Notes: generated by a model not told the origin, from the sequence alone. A stretch of 64,000 nucleotides of DNA from an uncultured Acidobacteriota bacterium (GCA_963725325.1 CAVRYF010000014.1:810390-874389), one strand, 5' to 3'; numbered from the stretch's first letter, positions 18,401 through 29,094 are shown. Made by a program: numbers and translations.

Positions 18401-19366
18401 ATGCGGTTGACCGACTGGCTGGCCTGGGTTCTCGGAGCCGCGGTCCTCTTTGCCGTAGTCATCGCTGGCCTGCATTTTTCCGAGGAACGGGAATTCGCGC
18501 GCCTGCTGGCGCAGGCCAAGCCTGGATGGCTTCTGGTGGCAGTCGTGCTGCAGGCCGCGACCTATCTCGCTCAGGCGCAAGTCATCCGCGTGACGCCGCG
18601 GGCCACGGGCGTGTTCCTTCCGAGACGGTGGTTGTATCAGCTCAGCCTGACGAAGCTGTTCCTCGATCAGGCGCTTCCATCCGCTGGGCTCAGCAGCACC
18701 GTCGTGATCGTCAAGGCCCTCGGGCAGCGCGGCGTCCCGCGTGACACCGCCGCCGCGTGCGCCATGATCAACATCGGGTCATACCACGCGGCGTACGTCG
18801 TCACGCTCCTGGTGGCCCTGACTGCGACGTCGATCCGCCGGGAGACGAACCTGGTCCTTGTATCGATGTCCGCCTTGTTCATCACCTTTGCGCTGGCCAT
18901 GACTGTTGGCATTCTGGGATTGGCCGGTCGACGCGGAAAGGCCGAGACGTGGCCCGCTCGGCTGCCCGTCATCAAGGGCATCGTCAGTCTCCTCCAGGAC
19001 GCCGACGGGACGCTGGTCCGGAACCCTCTGGTCTTTGGCGCCGCAACCGCGTGGCAGGTCGCCATCTTTCTGCTCGACTCGGCGACGGTCTGGGTGTGCA
19101 TCCGTTCGCTCGGCGAAACGGCGCCCGCCGATGCGGTGTTCGCGAGCTTCATGATTTCGAGCCTGGTTCGAACGATGGGCGTGGTACCTGGCGGCCTGGG
19201 CACGTACGAAGCCGCATCGGTGCTGACGCTGCGTGCAGTTGGAATCAGCCTGTCGGTCGGACTGTCGGCAACGCTGATCTTCCGTGGGCTCAGCTTCTGG
19301 ATGCCCATGCTGCCGGGATTGTGGTTTTCGCGACGAATCGTGAAACCGGGATCGCAGGAGAACTGA
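18401..19366 (+). CDS. Flippase-like (lysyl-phosphatidylglycerol synthase TM region, UPF0104) membrane protein
   Basis: It has about 8 helices and the characteristic VPGGLGTYEAA motif near the C-terminus. Confidence 0.65.
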   Translation: MRLTDWLAWVLGAAVLFAVVIAGLHFSEEREFARLLAQAKPGWLLVAVVLQAATYLAQAQVIRVTPRATGVFLPRRWLYQLSLTKLFLDQALPSAGLSSTVVIVKALGQRGVPRDTAAACAMINIGSYHAAYVVTLLVALTATSIRRETNLVLVSMSALFITFALAMTVGILGLAGRRGKAETWPARLPVIKGIVSLLQDADGTLVRNPLVFGAATAWQVAIFLLDSATVWVCIRSLGETAPADAVFASFMISSLVRTMGVVPGGLGTYEAASVLTLRAVGISLSVGLSATLIFRGLSFWMPMLPGLWFSRRIVKPGSQEN

Positions 19367-19606
19367 CGGCTCCTTTGCCGATCTGGCTGCCACCACGGAT
19401 GGAGTTCGCTCGTGCGTCTCAGCGCGCGCGCGGTGTCCGGAGGCCCAGTCCTTCTGCTCCGTCGTGCGTACTTGCTCCTGGGCACAGTGGAACAACGGCA
19501 GCAACGGCGGCGATGACGGCCTATGCTGTCGTCATTTCGGTGCGACCACAGGGTTGAATGCGCTTTTGCCCTGGCATCAAAGCGACGTCTTCGGGTAGAA
19601 ACAGTC

Positions 19607-21022
19607 ATGAACACTCTTCGGTCGAGGCCGGCACGCCTGGCGCTGATGACGTCGTTGATGGCCGGACTGATGACGGCGAACGCGCCGGCGCAGCCGGCGT
19701 CATCCGTCGAACGCCCCTTCGGCACGCTGCGCGAGCAGGCGGCGCTCCAGCAGGAGTGGCTCCGCAAACGTCTCGATACGTTTCTACCGGCGCTGATGCG
19801 CAGGCATGGCATCGACCTCTGGGTCGTGCCGATGCGCGAGTACAACGAGGACCCGGTGTTCGCGTCGATGACATCACCGGAGACCTTCGCGGCTCGCCGA
19901 CGAACGATCTACGTGTTTTTCGACAAGTGCGCGGCCGCCGGAAGCGCGCCGGCGCCCACGTGCGTCGAGCGTATCGCGCTCGGCGGGACGTCGCAGGGTG
20001 GCGTGTTCGAGGCGCGTCGATCCACCAAACCGGCGGCCGGCGACGTCGGGCGAGGCCAGCAGGCAGAGCTCTGGGGTGACGAGCAGTGGCAGGCCCTGAA
20101 GACCGTCATCGAAGAGCGCAACCCCAAGGTCATCGGGATCGATCGCTCAACAGTGTTCGCATTCTCAGATGGTCTCTCGAGCGGGGAGCTGCAAGGCATG
20201 AGCACCGCACTCGGCGACACCTGGACGACGCGCTTTCGCAACGCCGAGGGCCTTCCAGTGGAGCTCATCGCCGCGCGCCTTCCGGAGGAAGAAGTGTTCT
20301 ACCGCCGGATGCAGGAACTTGTGTGGTCGATGACGCAGACGATGTTCTCGTCAAAGGTCATCACGCCGGGCAAGACGCGCACGAGCGATCTGGTGTGGTG
20401 GTGGCGACAGCGGGTCAACGACCTCGGCCTCGGTACATGGTTCCAGCCGAGCATCGAGGTGCAGCGGAAGGGCATGACCGAAGCACAGATCGGCGAAGAC
20501 CCGGTGATCCAGCCGGGCGATCTCCTGCACTGCGACGTGGGCATTACCGTGGCGCGGCTCAACACCGACACGCAGCACGATGCCTACGTGCTGCGTCCAG
20601 GCGAGACCGAGCCACCCGCGGGCCTTCGGCAGGCGCTGGCCAACGCCAACGCCCTGCAGGATATTGTGGTGGACGAACTGCGCCCGGGACGCACGGGCAA
20701 TGAAATCCTCGCGGCGGCTCGCGCGCGGATGCTGGCCGGGAAAATAGACGGGACGGTGTATTCGCATCCCATCGGCCTCAACGGTCATGGCGCGGGACCC
20801 CTCATCGGCCTCTGGGACTATCAGGACGGCGTGGCCGGCCGCGGCGATGCGAAGGTCACGGCCAGCACGTGGTTCTCGATCGAGCTCCAGGCGACGACGC
20901 CCGTTCCCGAATGGGGCGGACAGCGTGTCCGCATGGCCCAGGAAGAAGACGTGATCGTGGATGCCAGCGGCAAGGTTCGCTGGGCGTTGAAACGGCAGGA
21001 CGCGCTGTTCCTCGTTCGGTAA
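19607..21022 (+). CDS. Secreted M24-family metallopeptidase (Xaa-Pro aminopeptidase-like)
   Basis: The ATG at 19607 gives a signal peptide (LALMTSLMAGLMTANAPAQP). The metal-ligand pattern is HCDVG...DTQHDAY, HPIG..GHG, SIELQ and QEEDV. Confidence 0.7.
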   Translation: MNTLRSRPARLALMTSLMAGLMTANAPAQPASSVERPFGTLREQAALQQEWLRKRLDTFLPALMRRHGIDLWVVPMREYNEDPVFASMTSPETFAARRRTIYVFFDKCAAAGSAPAPTCVERIALGGTSQGGVFEARRSTKPAAGDVGRGQQAELWGDEQWQALKTVIEERNPKVIGIDRSTVFAFSDGLSSGELQGMSTALGDTWTTRFRNAEGLPVELIAARLPEEEVFYRRMQELVWSMTQTMFSSKVITPGKTRTSDLVWWWRQRVNDLGLGTWFQPSIEVQRKGMTEAQIGEDPVIQPGDLLHCDVGITVARLNTDTQHDAYVLRPGETEPPAGLRQALANANALQDIVVDELRPGRTGNEILAAARARMLAGKIDGTVYSHPIGLNGHGAGPLIGLWDYQDGVAGRGDAKVTASTWFSIELQATTPVPEWGGQRVRMAQEEDVIVDASGKVRWALKRQDALFLVR

Positions 21023-21061
21023 GTCACGCGCGACGGAGCGAGCACAGAGGAGAAACGAAAC

Positions 21062-22093
21062 ATGGAGCAGCGGCGGTTCGGGCAGTCCGGGTTGAGCGTG
21101 TCGGTCCTCAGCTTCGGAACGATGACCATAGGCGGACGCGACCGTTTCGGAAAGATGGGCAATCTCGGCGTGGCCGATACCGCGCGCATTCTCGACATCT
21201 GCCGTGAGGCCGGAGTCACGACGCTCGACACGGCCGACGTCTACTCGTTCGGAGGCGCGGAGGAGATCCTCGGCGAAGCGCTCGTCGGCCGCCGCGACGA
21301 GTTCGTCCTGGTCACCAAGGCCTACATGCGCCTCGGGACCGGACCGCACGACGTCGGGCTCTCACGCAAGCACCTGATCCAGGCGTGCGAGGCAAGCCTG
21401 CGCCGGTTGCGGACCGACTACATAGACCTTTACATGGGTCACCAGCCGGACACCTGCGTGGCGGTGGAGGAAACGCTGCGCGCGTTTGACGATCTCGTTC
21501 AGCAAGGCAAGGTCCGATACGTCGGCTGCTCGAATCACTCCGCGTGGCAGGTGATGAAGGCGCTGGCGGTATCCGATCGCGCCGGCCTGACTCGGTACGT
21601 CTGCCAGCAGGTCAACTACTCGCTCATCGCCCGGGACGTGGAACACGAAATCATCCCGCTCGGACTCGATCAGTCCGTCGGCCTGATGGCCTGGAGTCCT
21701 CTCCACGCGGGTTTGCTCACTGGAAAGTTCCGGCGCGACGTGCGTCCGCCCGTCAGCCGCCTCAACGAGCTCGAAGCGCCAGGGACGATCGACTACGAGC
21801 GCGTCTACCGCATCGTCGACGTGCTCACTGACATTGCCCGCGCGCGCGAGGTCACCGTGGCGCAGGTGGCGCTGAACTGGGTGCTGAGCAAGCCCGGAGT
21901 GGACACGGTGATCCTCGGGGCGCGCGACGAGGCGCAGCTCCGGGACAACCTGGCTGCGGCCACCTGGCGGCTGTCGGCGGACGAAATGGCCCGCCTCGAC
22001 GAAGTGAGCGCCCTGCCGGAACCGTATCCGATGTGGCACCAGCACAAGTTCGGGATCGAGCGGAACCCGCGCCTGCCATCGACGCGCGGCTGA
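21062..22093 (+). CDS. Aldo/keto reductase
   Basis: Family features are LGTMTIGG..., DTADVYS.G.AEEILG, YIDLYMGHQPD, GKVRYVGCSNHSAWQ and a C-terminal LSADEMARLD. Confidence 0.9.
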   Translation: MEQRRFGQSGLSVSVLSFGTMTIGGRDRFGKMGNLGVADTARILDICREAGVTTLDTADVYSFGGAEEILGEALVGRRDEFVLVTKAYMRLGTGPHDVGLSRKHLIQACEASLRRLRTDYIDLYMGHQPDTCVAVEETLRAFDDLVQQGKVRYVGCSNHSAWQVMKALAVSDRAGLTRYVCQQVNYSLIARDVEHEIIPLGLDQSVGLMAWSPLHAGLLTGKFRRDVRPPVSRLNELEAPGTIDYERVYRIVDVLTDIARAREVTVAQVALNWVLSKPGVDTVILGARDEAQLRDNLAAATWRLSADEMARLDEVSALPEPYPMWHQHKFGIERNPRLPSTRG

Positions 22094-22142
22094 CAGCATC
22101 TGGGGTGGGCGTTGTCGCCGGATCATCGAGGGTCGGAGAGTA

Positions 22143-22172
22143 CGCGAGCGGCGGATTCGGCCGCCGCTCGCG
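22143..22172. terminator. GC-rich stem-loop (12-bp stem, 6-nt loop) after the aldo/keto reductase gene
   Basis: CGCGAGCGGCGG-ATTCGG-CCGCCGCTCGCG was read directly in the convergent intergenic gap. Confidence 0.5.
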
Positions 22173-22195
22173 CGACGTTCATGCAGTTCGCGAGG

Positions 22196-22225
22196 CGTGC
22201 CAGCGTTCGCTGACGTGCTGGCACG
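22196..22225. terminator. Stem-loop (9-bp stem CGTGCCAGC/GCTGGCACG) just downstream of the minus-strand gene ending at 22232
   Basis: The inverted repeat was read directly. Confidence 0.4.
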
Positions 22226-22231
22226 ACACGC

Positions 22232-22591
22232 CTACTTCGCCTTTGCCGCTTTCATCGAGCTGGCGGTGATGTTCTCTCCCTTCATCACGCCCGTCAGTTC
22301 CACCTCCTGGCCGGCGTGGGCGGCAATCTGCTTCGAGGCCTGATTGGTGAGCTGATAGACCTTCCCGTCACTCACGAAGACGTACTTTGCCCCCTTCTTG
22401 ACGCACACCGCCGTGCAGTCGGCGTCGGTCATCTTCTTGCCGTCGTGCTCGCCACCGGGGTGCTTGTCCTTGCAGTTGCTGTCGCTGATCTTTCCTTTCC
22501 AGGTCTGCTCCCCGGGCTTGAGGGGCTGAGCGGACGCCGACAGGGATCCGACGACGAAGAGCGCTACCACTACTCCGACGACGCTTTTCAT
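22232..22591 (-). CDS. Small secreted Cys-containing protein, unknown function
   Basis: It has a signal peptide (VVVALFVVGSLSASAQP), four Cys (SNCKDKH...DADCTAVCVKKG) and a Lys-rich tail. Confidence 0.55.
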   Translation of the reverse strand: MKSVVGVVVALFVVGSLSASAQPLKPGEQTWKGKISDSNCKDKHPGGEHDGKKMTDADCTAVCVKKGAKYVFVSDGKVYQLTNQASKQIAAHAGQEVELTGVMKGENITASSMKAAKAK

Positions 22592-22722
22592 AATGTCCTC
22601 CGATGCAGCGTTAGAACGAATGACGAGTCAGGATGATGGTCCAGCGAACGGCGAGAATTATACGCCCGGAGGGGGCCATCAAGTGATGCCAGGCTGGAAG
22701 ATACTGCCGAGCCTGGGGAACG

Positions 22723-24327
22723 TCAACGCGATGAGGGTTCGTGGCAGGTGCCGGCAGGGATATGGCGGATCTGTTGAACGGCGGCCGGCCGATCCGGAGA
22801 CGATGGTTGAAGGTCGTACACCTTCACGCTCATTGGTCGGTCGAGTGCGGCAATCGGCCCGGCAGCGATCCGCGCGAGTGCTGACTGGCCGCGAAACCGC
22901 AGGGCAAAGATCGGCTCTTCCCAATCGTCGAGGACGGCATACGGGTGATAGCCCAGCCCGCTCAACATCTCCACAGTCCGATCGAGCCATGCCGCGTCCA
23001 GCTGGTCGAAGCGCAGCGTCGTTCGACCTGAGTAATAGCGGATGCTTCCGCTGTGCTGGCCCGACACCAGCACCGCCTTCTCGGGAAGCGACTGGGCGAC
23101 AAACGACGCGACTTCGATCGCGCGCTGTTCTCCCTCGCCGAGTCCCACGATCCGCTTGTCCCTCGCAAACGCAGCGCCATGGGTGGCGGCCGCGACGACG
23201 AAGATTGAGGTGACCAGAACGCGGGCCGTTGGTCCGAACCATCCGGCAACCGAGGCAACACCATCGATGGCGACGATGAAGACGATCGGAAAGGCGGGAA
23301 GCAGGAACCGCAGATACCACCACGCGTCGTAGGAGTAGTACGGCAGGTACGCGCACCAGACGAGCGCGGCGAACCCGAGGCCCCACGTCAGGACGTTCCC
23401 GAAGCCGCGCCGCAGCTGGAGCGCTCCGCCCAGGAGGACGGCCAGCAGGTAAAAGCCCTGACTCTCGAACAGCCATTCCGTCTGAAGGACGAAGTTTCGT
23501 CGGACTCTCCCGATACTGTACAACCCCGAGAGCGATCCGTAGCCCGATTCGAGCGGCGATCCGTACAGGCTGGCATTCAAGATGGCCACGCCCGCGATGA
23601 ACGGCAGCAGTCCTGCCACGATCGCCAGCGCGGCTCGCCACCACGCGGAGCGATCGATCGCAACAATCCGAAAGAGCACAAGGCCGGCCGGAACGATGGC
23701 GAGCGGCACGAGATTGGGACGGATGAGAATCGCCAGACCTGTGACGGCGCCGGTCACGAGCGCGCCCCTCCACGTCGTGGACGACGAGGCGATCAACAGG
23801 GCGAGCAGCCAGCAGGCGGAGACGGGCACGTCGCTCAACGGCCACATCATCATGAAGAAGAGCGTCGGGCTGGTCGCCATCCACACCGCCGCACCCACAG
23901 CGACGAGCGGATCGCTCACGCGCACGGCGAGCAGGTAGGTGAACCAGACGAGCAGCGCCGCCGTGATCGGTACCACGACATACACGGCACACGGCCCGCC
24001 GACGGTCCGGGCAAGTGCCATGAGAATCGGCAGCCCGGGGGCGTAGGTCGGGACGTTGCCGAACGCGCGCTGCGCCGGCCGGTAGCCGAGGGGCGCAAGC
24101 GTGGCCGCCGCATTGGGCCACACGGCCAGCCGGACGAGCGGCTCGGGCTGAATCAGACTGCCCTGGCTCCAGAGCTGCGCCTGACTGACGTAGCCGTACG
24201 GGTCCGACCCCGACGCGACGTGCGACCCGAGGGACAGACTGGTCGCGCACACGCCCGCCGCGATCATCGCCACGATGGATCCGGCCTTTTGAGGAAACGC
24301 CTGAAGGGAGCGGAGGACGCCGCGCAT
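22723..24327 (-). CDS. GT-C fold glycosyltransferase (family 39 / ArnT-PMT-like) membrane protein
   Basis: The N-terminal two-thirds is polytopic, with early YGYV...Q and PGLPILMALA loop motifs. A soluble C-terminal domain follows. Confidence 0.6.
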   Translation of the reverse strand: MRGVLRSLQAFPQKAGSIVAMIAAGVCATSLSLGSHVASGSDPYGYVSQAQLWSQGSLIQPEPLVRLAVWPNAAATLAPLGYRPAQRAFGNVPTYAPGLPILMALARTVGGPCAVYVVVPITAALLVWFTYLLAVRVSDPLVAVGAAVWMATSPTLFFMMMWPLSDVPVSACWLLALLIASSSTTWRGALVTGAVTGLAILIRPNLVPLAIVPAGLVLFRIVAIDRSAWWRAALAIVAGLLPFIAGVAILNASLYGSPLESGYGSLSGLYSIGRVRRNFVLQTEWLFESQGFYLLAVLLGGALQLRRGFGNVLTWGLGFAALVWCAYLPYYSYDAWWYLRFLLPAFPIVFIVAIDGVASVAGWFGPTARVLVTSIFVVAAATHGAAFARDKRIVGLGEGEQRAIEVASFVAQSLPEKAVLVSGQHSGSIRYYSGRTTLRFDQLDAAWLDRTVEMLSGLGYHPYAVLDDWEEPIFALRFRGQSALARIAAGPIAALDRPMSVKVYDLQPSSPDRPAAVQQIRHIPAGTCHEPSSR

Positions 24328-24441
24328 CAGAGTCGGAAGGACACCGGTGGCAATAACTGTACACTAAAGGAAGATGCGCACCGGCCGACACCTGCAGTGA
24401 CACCAGACACCTCCCTCTTTTCCTCGTCGGGCGGCGACACC

Positions 24442-26028
24442 GTGAACGACGCTGACGCGCTGGCGCGCGAAGTCGCCAGGCGCCGGACGTTTGCCATCAT
24501 TTCGCATCCCGACGCCGGCAAGACAACGCTGACCGAGAAACTGCTGCTGTACGCCGGAGCCATCGAGCTGGCCGGGGCGGTCCGAGGCCGCAGGACCCAG
24601 CGCCACGCCGTCTCCGACTGGATGGAGATGGAGCAGCAGCGCGGCATTTCGATCAGCGCGGCCGCGCTCGAGTTCGAGCTGGACGGCCATCACGTCACCC
24701 TGCTCGACACGCCGGGCCACCAGGACTTCAGCGAAGACACCTACCGGACCCTCCTCGCGGTCGACAGTGTCGTGATGGTGCTCGACGCCGCCAAGGGCAT
24801 CGAGCCGCAGACGCTGAAGCTGTTCGAGGTTTGCCGCGCCCGCGGGCTTCCGGTCCTGACCTTCATCAACAAGCTGGACCAGCCGGCCCTCGACCCCTTC
24901 GAGCTGCTGGACCAGATCGAACGTGTGCTCGGGATTGCGGCGGCACCAATCAACTGGCCGCTCGGCGATGGCACCGAGTTCGCCGGCGTGTACGATCTCG
25001 ATGCCAACGCCGTCCTGCTGTACGAGCGAGGCGCACGCGGTCACCGTACCGAGCCCATCGCCGTGGCGGACCCGCGCGATGCATCTGTCGAGCGTCTCAT
25101 CGGCGCCCAACGCCAGCACCGATTGATCGAGGCAGCCGGAATGATCCAGGGCGCGGGCACGCGCTTCGATCTCGAGGCGTATCGCCGGGAACGACAGACA
25201 CCGGTCTTCTTCGGCAGCGCGCTGAACGACTTCGGTGTCGAGCCGTTTCTTCGCGCGTTGCTGACACTCGCGCCGAGTCCGGCGCCCCGAGAGAGCGATG
25301 CGGGCCTGATTCTGCCGACGGACCCGGACTTCTCAGGGTTTGTCTTCAAGATGCAGGCGAACATGAACCCGCGCCACCGGGATCGCGTCGCCTTCCTGCG
25401 GATCTGCTCGGGCCGCCTGACGAAAGACATGCCGGTCGTCAACGCGCGGCTGGGCACAACCGTCCGCCTCTCGCGCGTCTACCGCTTCTTCGGCCGCGAC
25501 CGCGAGACGGTGCCGGAGGCGTACCCCGGCGACGTCGTCGGTCTCGTCAACCCCGGCCGGCTCGCGATCGGCGACACCTTGTATGCAGGCCGCAAACTCC
25601 GGTATCCGCCGATTCCGCAGTTCCCCGCCGAGCGATTCGCCTATTTACGGCCGGCCGACGTGCGGCACAAGCGGTTCGATGAAGCGGTCCGGCAGCTCGA
25701 GGAAGAGGGCCTGATGCAGGTGTTCATCCCCGAAACCGGCCTGCGGCATCCGATTATCGGAGTGGTGGGTCCGCTGCAGTTCGATGTCGTCGAAGCGCGG
25801 CTGCGATCGGAGTACGGGATCCCGTGCGCGCTCGAGCCTCTTGCTCACGTCGCCGGCCGGTGGCCGGTGCCGGAGTCCGCCAATGCTCCACCCTTGAAGT
25901 TGACGACGTCCGGTGTCCTGACCGTGAAGGATCGTCAGGGTCGTGACGTGCTCCTCTTCGAGTCGGCGTGGGAACTTCGGTACGTGACCGAGGGTAATCC
26001 GCAGTTTCGGTTTCACGACTCGATGTAG
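24442..26028 (+). CDS. prfC: Peptide chain release factor 3
   Basis: It has the G-domain RRTFAIISHPDAGKTTLTEKLLL, DTPGHQDF and NKLD. The GTG at 24442 gives about 528 aa, typical for RF3. The track ORF extension back to 24220 overlaps the divergent gene. Confidence 0.9.
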   Translation: MNDADALAREVARRRTFAIISHPDAGKTTLTEKLLLYAGAIELAGAVRGRRTQRHAVSDWMEMEQQRGISISAAALEFELDGHHVTLLDTPGHQDFSEDTYRTLLAVDSVVMVLDAAKGIEPQTLKLFEVCRARGLPVLTFINKLDQPALDPFELLDQIERVLGIAAAPINWPLGDGTEFAGVYDLDANAVLLYERGARGHRTEPIAVADPRDASVERLIGAQRQHRLIEAAGMIQGAGTRFDLEAYRRERQTPVFFGSALNDFGVEPFLRALLTLAPSPAPRESDAGLILPTDPDFSGFVFKMQANMNPRHRDRVAFLRICSGRLTKDMPVVNARLGTTVRLSRVYRFFGRDRETVPEAYPGDVVGLVNPGRLAIGDTLYAGRKLRYPPIPQFPAERFAYLRPADVRHKRFDEAVRQLEEEGLMQVFIPETGLRHPIIGVVGPLQFDVVEARLRSEYGIPCALEPLAHVAGRWPVPESANAPPLKLTTSGVLTVKDRQGRDVLLFESAWELRYVTEGNPQFRFHDSM

Positions 26029-26046
26029 TACGGCAGGCCAATCAAC

Positions 26047-29000
26047 TCAATCGGCAGGTCCCGGTCGCGACGGCGACGGCCGAACTCGTCGAGCGATGAA
26101 CGCGTACATCCCTGGAACCGCCAGCAGCGTCAACGGCGTCGACAACACCAGGCCACCGATCACCGCGATGGCCAGCGGCTTCTGCAGTTCGGCCCCGGCG
26201 CCGAGCCCGAACGCGAGTGGCAGCAAGCCCACGATGGTGCAGAAGGTCGTCATCAGGATCGGCCGCAGGCGGATCCGGCCGGCATGCGCGATCGCGACGG
26301 CGAGCGACTCGCCGCCGGCCTGAAGCCGCTCGGAAAAATCGAGCAGCATGATCCCGTTCTTGACGACGAGGCCGATCAGCAGAATCAGGCCCATCGCCGA
26401 CGACACGTTGAGATCCGTGCCGGTGAGGAAAAGGAGCCCGAGCGCGCCGCCGAGCGAGAGCGGAGCGGCCGCGAGAATCAGCAGCGCCGGCGTGAACGCC
26501 CTGAACTGAATGACGAGAATCGTGAACACGAGCGCAGCGGCGATGCCGAACACGACGAGCAGTTCGCGGAACGCTTGACGCTGCGATTCGTACTGGCCGC
26601 CGATCTCGTAGGTGTAACCGACCGGCAGCGGCAACTCGCCCAGCCGCCGGCGGATCTCACTCACCGCGCTGCCAAGGTCGCGATCCTCGAGTCGTGCACT
26701 CACGAGCGCCATCCCGCGGAGGTTCTCTCTCAGCAGCTGCGATTGGCCATTCGATCGCGTCGGCGCGGCCAGCCCCGAGATGGGCACGAGCTTCCCTTCG
26801 CTCGTCCGAATCAGCGTCTGAGGCAGCGTGAAGGGATCGAACCGATACAAGTCGGGAAGCCGGACGCGGACAGGAATGCGGCGATCCAGCAGCCGCACCT
26901 CGGTCGCCACGTTGCCGAGCCAGGCGTCCGACAGCTGTGCCGCCACCTGCTCGTTGCTCAGCCCGACTCGTCCGGCGGCCACCGGGTCGATCGTCCAGGT
27001 GACCTCGGGATTGCCGCGCTGCATGCCGACGATGTCCACGACGCCGTCGATTGTGCCGAGGAGCTCTTCGACGGGTTCGGCCAGCTCGGCAAGACGCTGC
27101 GGATCATCGCCGAAGATCTTCACCTCGATGGGCGTGGGACTGCCTTCCAGATCGCCCAGCATGTCCTGCAGCAACTGCACGAACTCGATCTCTGCGAGCG
27201 GCGCCGCTTCCTGCAACTTCGGCCGGAGATCCGAGATGATCTCTTCCGACGATCGGCTGCGCTCGCCACGCGGCTTCAAGCGCACGAGGATGTCACCCGT
27301 GTTCTGCGGCGTGGCAAAGAGACCCAGCTCAGAACCGGTCCGCCTGGAATAGGCCGCGACTTCCGGGGTGGCGGACAGGACGGCTTCGATCTTCCGCACC
27401 TGGCGATCGGTCTCGTCGAGCGCCGAGCCCGCGGGCGTCAGGTAGTCGACGACGAATCCGCCTTCGTCGGCGGGCGGCAGGAAGCCGGTACCGATCGACG
27501 CAAACAGCGACGCGGTCGCGATCGCGAGTCCAGCCGCAATGGCGACTGCCACGAACGGACGGGCGAGCACGGTATCGATCCGCCGCGCGTACCAGCGTCC
27601 CAGCCGGCCGTCAGAGGATTCGGCGGTCGCGGGATGGCCGCGAAATGCCCAGCGGGCGAGCAGGGGAACCACCGTGATCGACATCGCCAGCGAGAGCAGC
27701 ACCGCCACGGACAGGCTGAGCGAGAGCGCCCGAAAGAACTGGCCGGCCACGCCCGAGAGGAGGCCGAGCGGCACGAACACGACGACGGTCGTGAGGGTCG
27801 AGCTCACGAGGGGCGCCATGAGCTCGGACACCGCCAACTCGACACCTGCCGCGCCCTCGGCCGCGCGGCGGTGAATGTTCTCGACGACCACCACCGCATC
27901 GTCGATCACCAGGCCGATGGCGACCGCAAGCCCCCCCATCGACATGAGGTTGATCGATCCACCGAACAGCCGCATGAAAACGAACGTTGGGATGACGGCG
28001 AGCGGCAGCGTGATGGCCGCGATCAGGGTGAGGCGAACGTCGCGCAGGAAGACGAGAAGAACGACAATGGCGAGCGCGCCGCCGATCAATATGGCGTCGC
28101 GGACGTTGGCGATGGACGCGCTGACGAATTCGGCGAGGTCGTAGACCCGCGTGATGCGAAGTCCGGTTGGCAGCGCGCGCGTGATCTCGGCAATCGTCGC
28201 GTCCACGCCGCTCTTCACGTTGAGGATGTTGGCGCCGATCTGCTGCGAGATGCTGATGGAGACGGCGTCGCGTCCGTCGCCGGTGATGAGCAGCGTGCGA
28301 TCGGGGGATCCGGGAAAGACCTTGCCGAGATCGGATACGCGGATGGTCGCGCCGTTCTTGATCTGCACGGGCGCCGAGCCGATCTCGTCAGGAGTGCTCC
28401 AGAGTCCGGACGCGAGCGAGAGATGCTGCTGACCTGCTTCGGAGAACTTCCCGACCGGCCGCACCTGGTTCTGCGCCTTCAGCGTCTCTGAAACGTCGGT
28501 CACCGTCAGACCCGCGAGGGCGAGCTTCATCGGCTCGAGGACGACCTCGATCTCACGCGTGTCGCTGGCCAGGACCTCGATGTGCCCGGCGCCAGGCACG
28601 CGCGCCAGCGCCGGCCGCAGGACGTACTGCGCGTAATCGTTCAGGTCGGGAGTCGGCAGGCTGCCGGTCAGGCTCAGAATGAAGACCGGGAAGATGGCGG
28701 GCGTCAGCCGCTCGACCGTCAGCTCAGTGCCCGCCGGCAGGTCGTTGCGAATTTCCGACACCCGGTTCTGAAGCTGCTGAAGGGCCACCAGCATGTCGCT
28801 GGCCGGGTCGAACTGCGCGGAAATCTCGGCGGCGCCTCGGATGCTGGTCGATCGCACCCGGCGAATCCCGGGTACTTCCATCACGGCCTGTTCGATCGGG
28901 CGCGTGACGGTCAGCATCATCGACTCCGACGGCAGCGTCCCGCTGCGCGCGATGATCACAATCCTGGGAAACTGCAGCGGTGGATAGATGCTGCTCGGCA

Positions 29001-29094
29001 GCGCGATTGCGGCCACCACGCCCGCCACGACCAGAGCGGCCGCGATGACGGCCGCGGCTCGCGAGTGCCGAATGGCCTGGGCGGCGATGCTCAT
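26047..29094 (-). CDS. RND efflux pump inner-membrane permease (HAE-type, AcrB-like)
   Basis: It is 1015 aa with 12 TM helices and two large loops. The TM4 motif is IGLVIDDAVVVVEN (DD proton relay as in AcrB). Confidence 0.95.
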   Translation of the reverse strand: MSIAAQAIRHSRAAAVIAAALVVAGVVAAIALPSSIYPPLQFPRIVIIARSGTLPSESMMLTVTRPIEQAVMEVPGIRRVRSTSIRGAAEISAQFDPASDMLVALQQLQNRVSEIRNDLPAGTELTVERLTPAIFPVFILSLTGSLPTPDLNDYAQYVLRPALARVPGAGHIEVLASDTREIEVVLEPMKLALAGLTVTDVSETLKAQNQVRPVGKFSEAGQQHLSLASGLWSTPDEIGSAPVQIKNGATIRVSDLGKVFPGSPDRTLLITGDGRDAVSISISQQIGANILNVKSGVDATIAEITRALPTGLRITRVYDLAEFVSASIANVRDAILIGGALAIVVLLVFLRDVRLTLIAAITLPLAVIPTFVFMRLFGGSINLMSMGGLAVAIGLVIDDAVVVVENIHRRAAEGAAGVELAVSELMAPLVSSTLTTVVVFVPLGLLSGVAGQFFRALSLSLSVAVLLSLAMSITVVPLLARWAFRGHPATAESSDGRLGRWYARRIDTVLARPFVAVAIAAGLAIATASLFASIGTGFLPPADEGGFVVDYLTPAGSALDETDRQVRKIEAVLSATPEVAAYSRRTGSELGLFATPQNTGDILVRLKPRGERSRSSEEIISDLRPKLQEAAPLAEIEFVQLLQDMLGDLEGSPTPIEVKIFGDDPQRLAELAEPVEELLGTIDGVVDIVGMQRGNPEVTWTIDPVAAGRVGLSNEQVAAQLSDAWLGNVATEVRLLDRRIPVRVRLPDLYRFDPFTLPQTLIRTSEGKLVPISGLAAPTRSNGQSQLLRENLRGMALVSARLEDRDLGSAVSEIRRRLGELPLPVGYTYEIGGQYESQRQAFRELLVVFGIAAALVFTILVIQFRAFTPALLILAAAPLSLGGALGLLFLTGTDLNVSSAMGLILLIGLVVKNGIMLLDFSERLQAGGESLAVAIAHAGRIRLRPILMTTFCTIVGLLPLAFGLGAGAELQKPLAIAVIGGLVLSTPLTLLAVPGMYAFIARRVRPSPSRPGPAD

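Noticed and set aside
19165-19172. tRNA T-loop-like GGTTCGAA
   Set aside because: It lies inside a well-supported membrane-protein CDS. No acceptor or anticodon stems could be built around it. No tRNA or other RNA gene was found in any intergenic gap.
22679-24403. 574-aa minus-strand ORF in an alternative frame to the GT-C glycosyltransferase gene
   Set aside because: The translation is Arg/Pro/Gly-rich with no hydrophobic helices. The overlapping frame 22723..24327 gives a coherent polytopic membrane protein.
24220-24441. 74-codon N-terminal extension of the RF3 ORF
   Set aside because: It overlaps the start of the divergent glycosyltransferase gene and has no RF3-like sequence. The GTG at 24442 gives the canonical RF3 length and N-terminus.
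26284-28491. 735-aa ORF antisense to the RND pump gene
   Set aside because: This is the same high-GC antisense artefact. The translation is dominated by R/D/E/G/H runs with no hydrophobic structure, whereas the opposite strand gives a canonical 12-TM pump.
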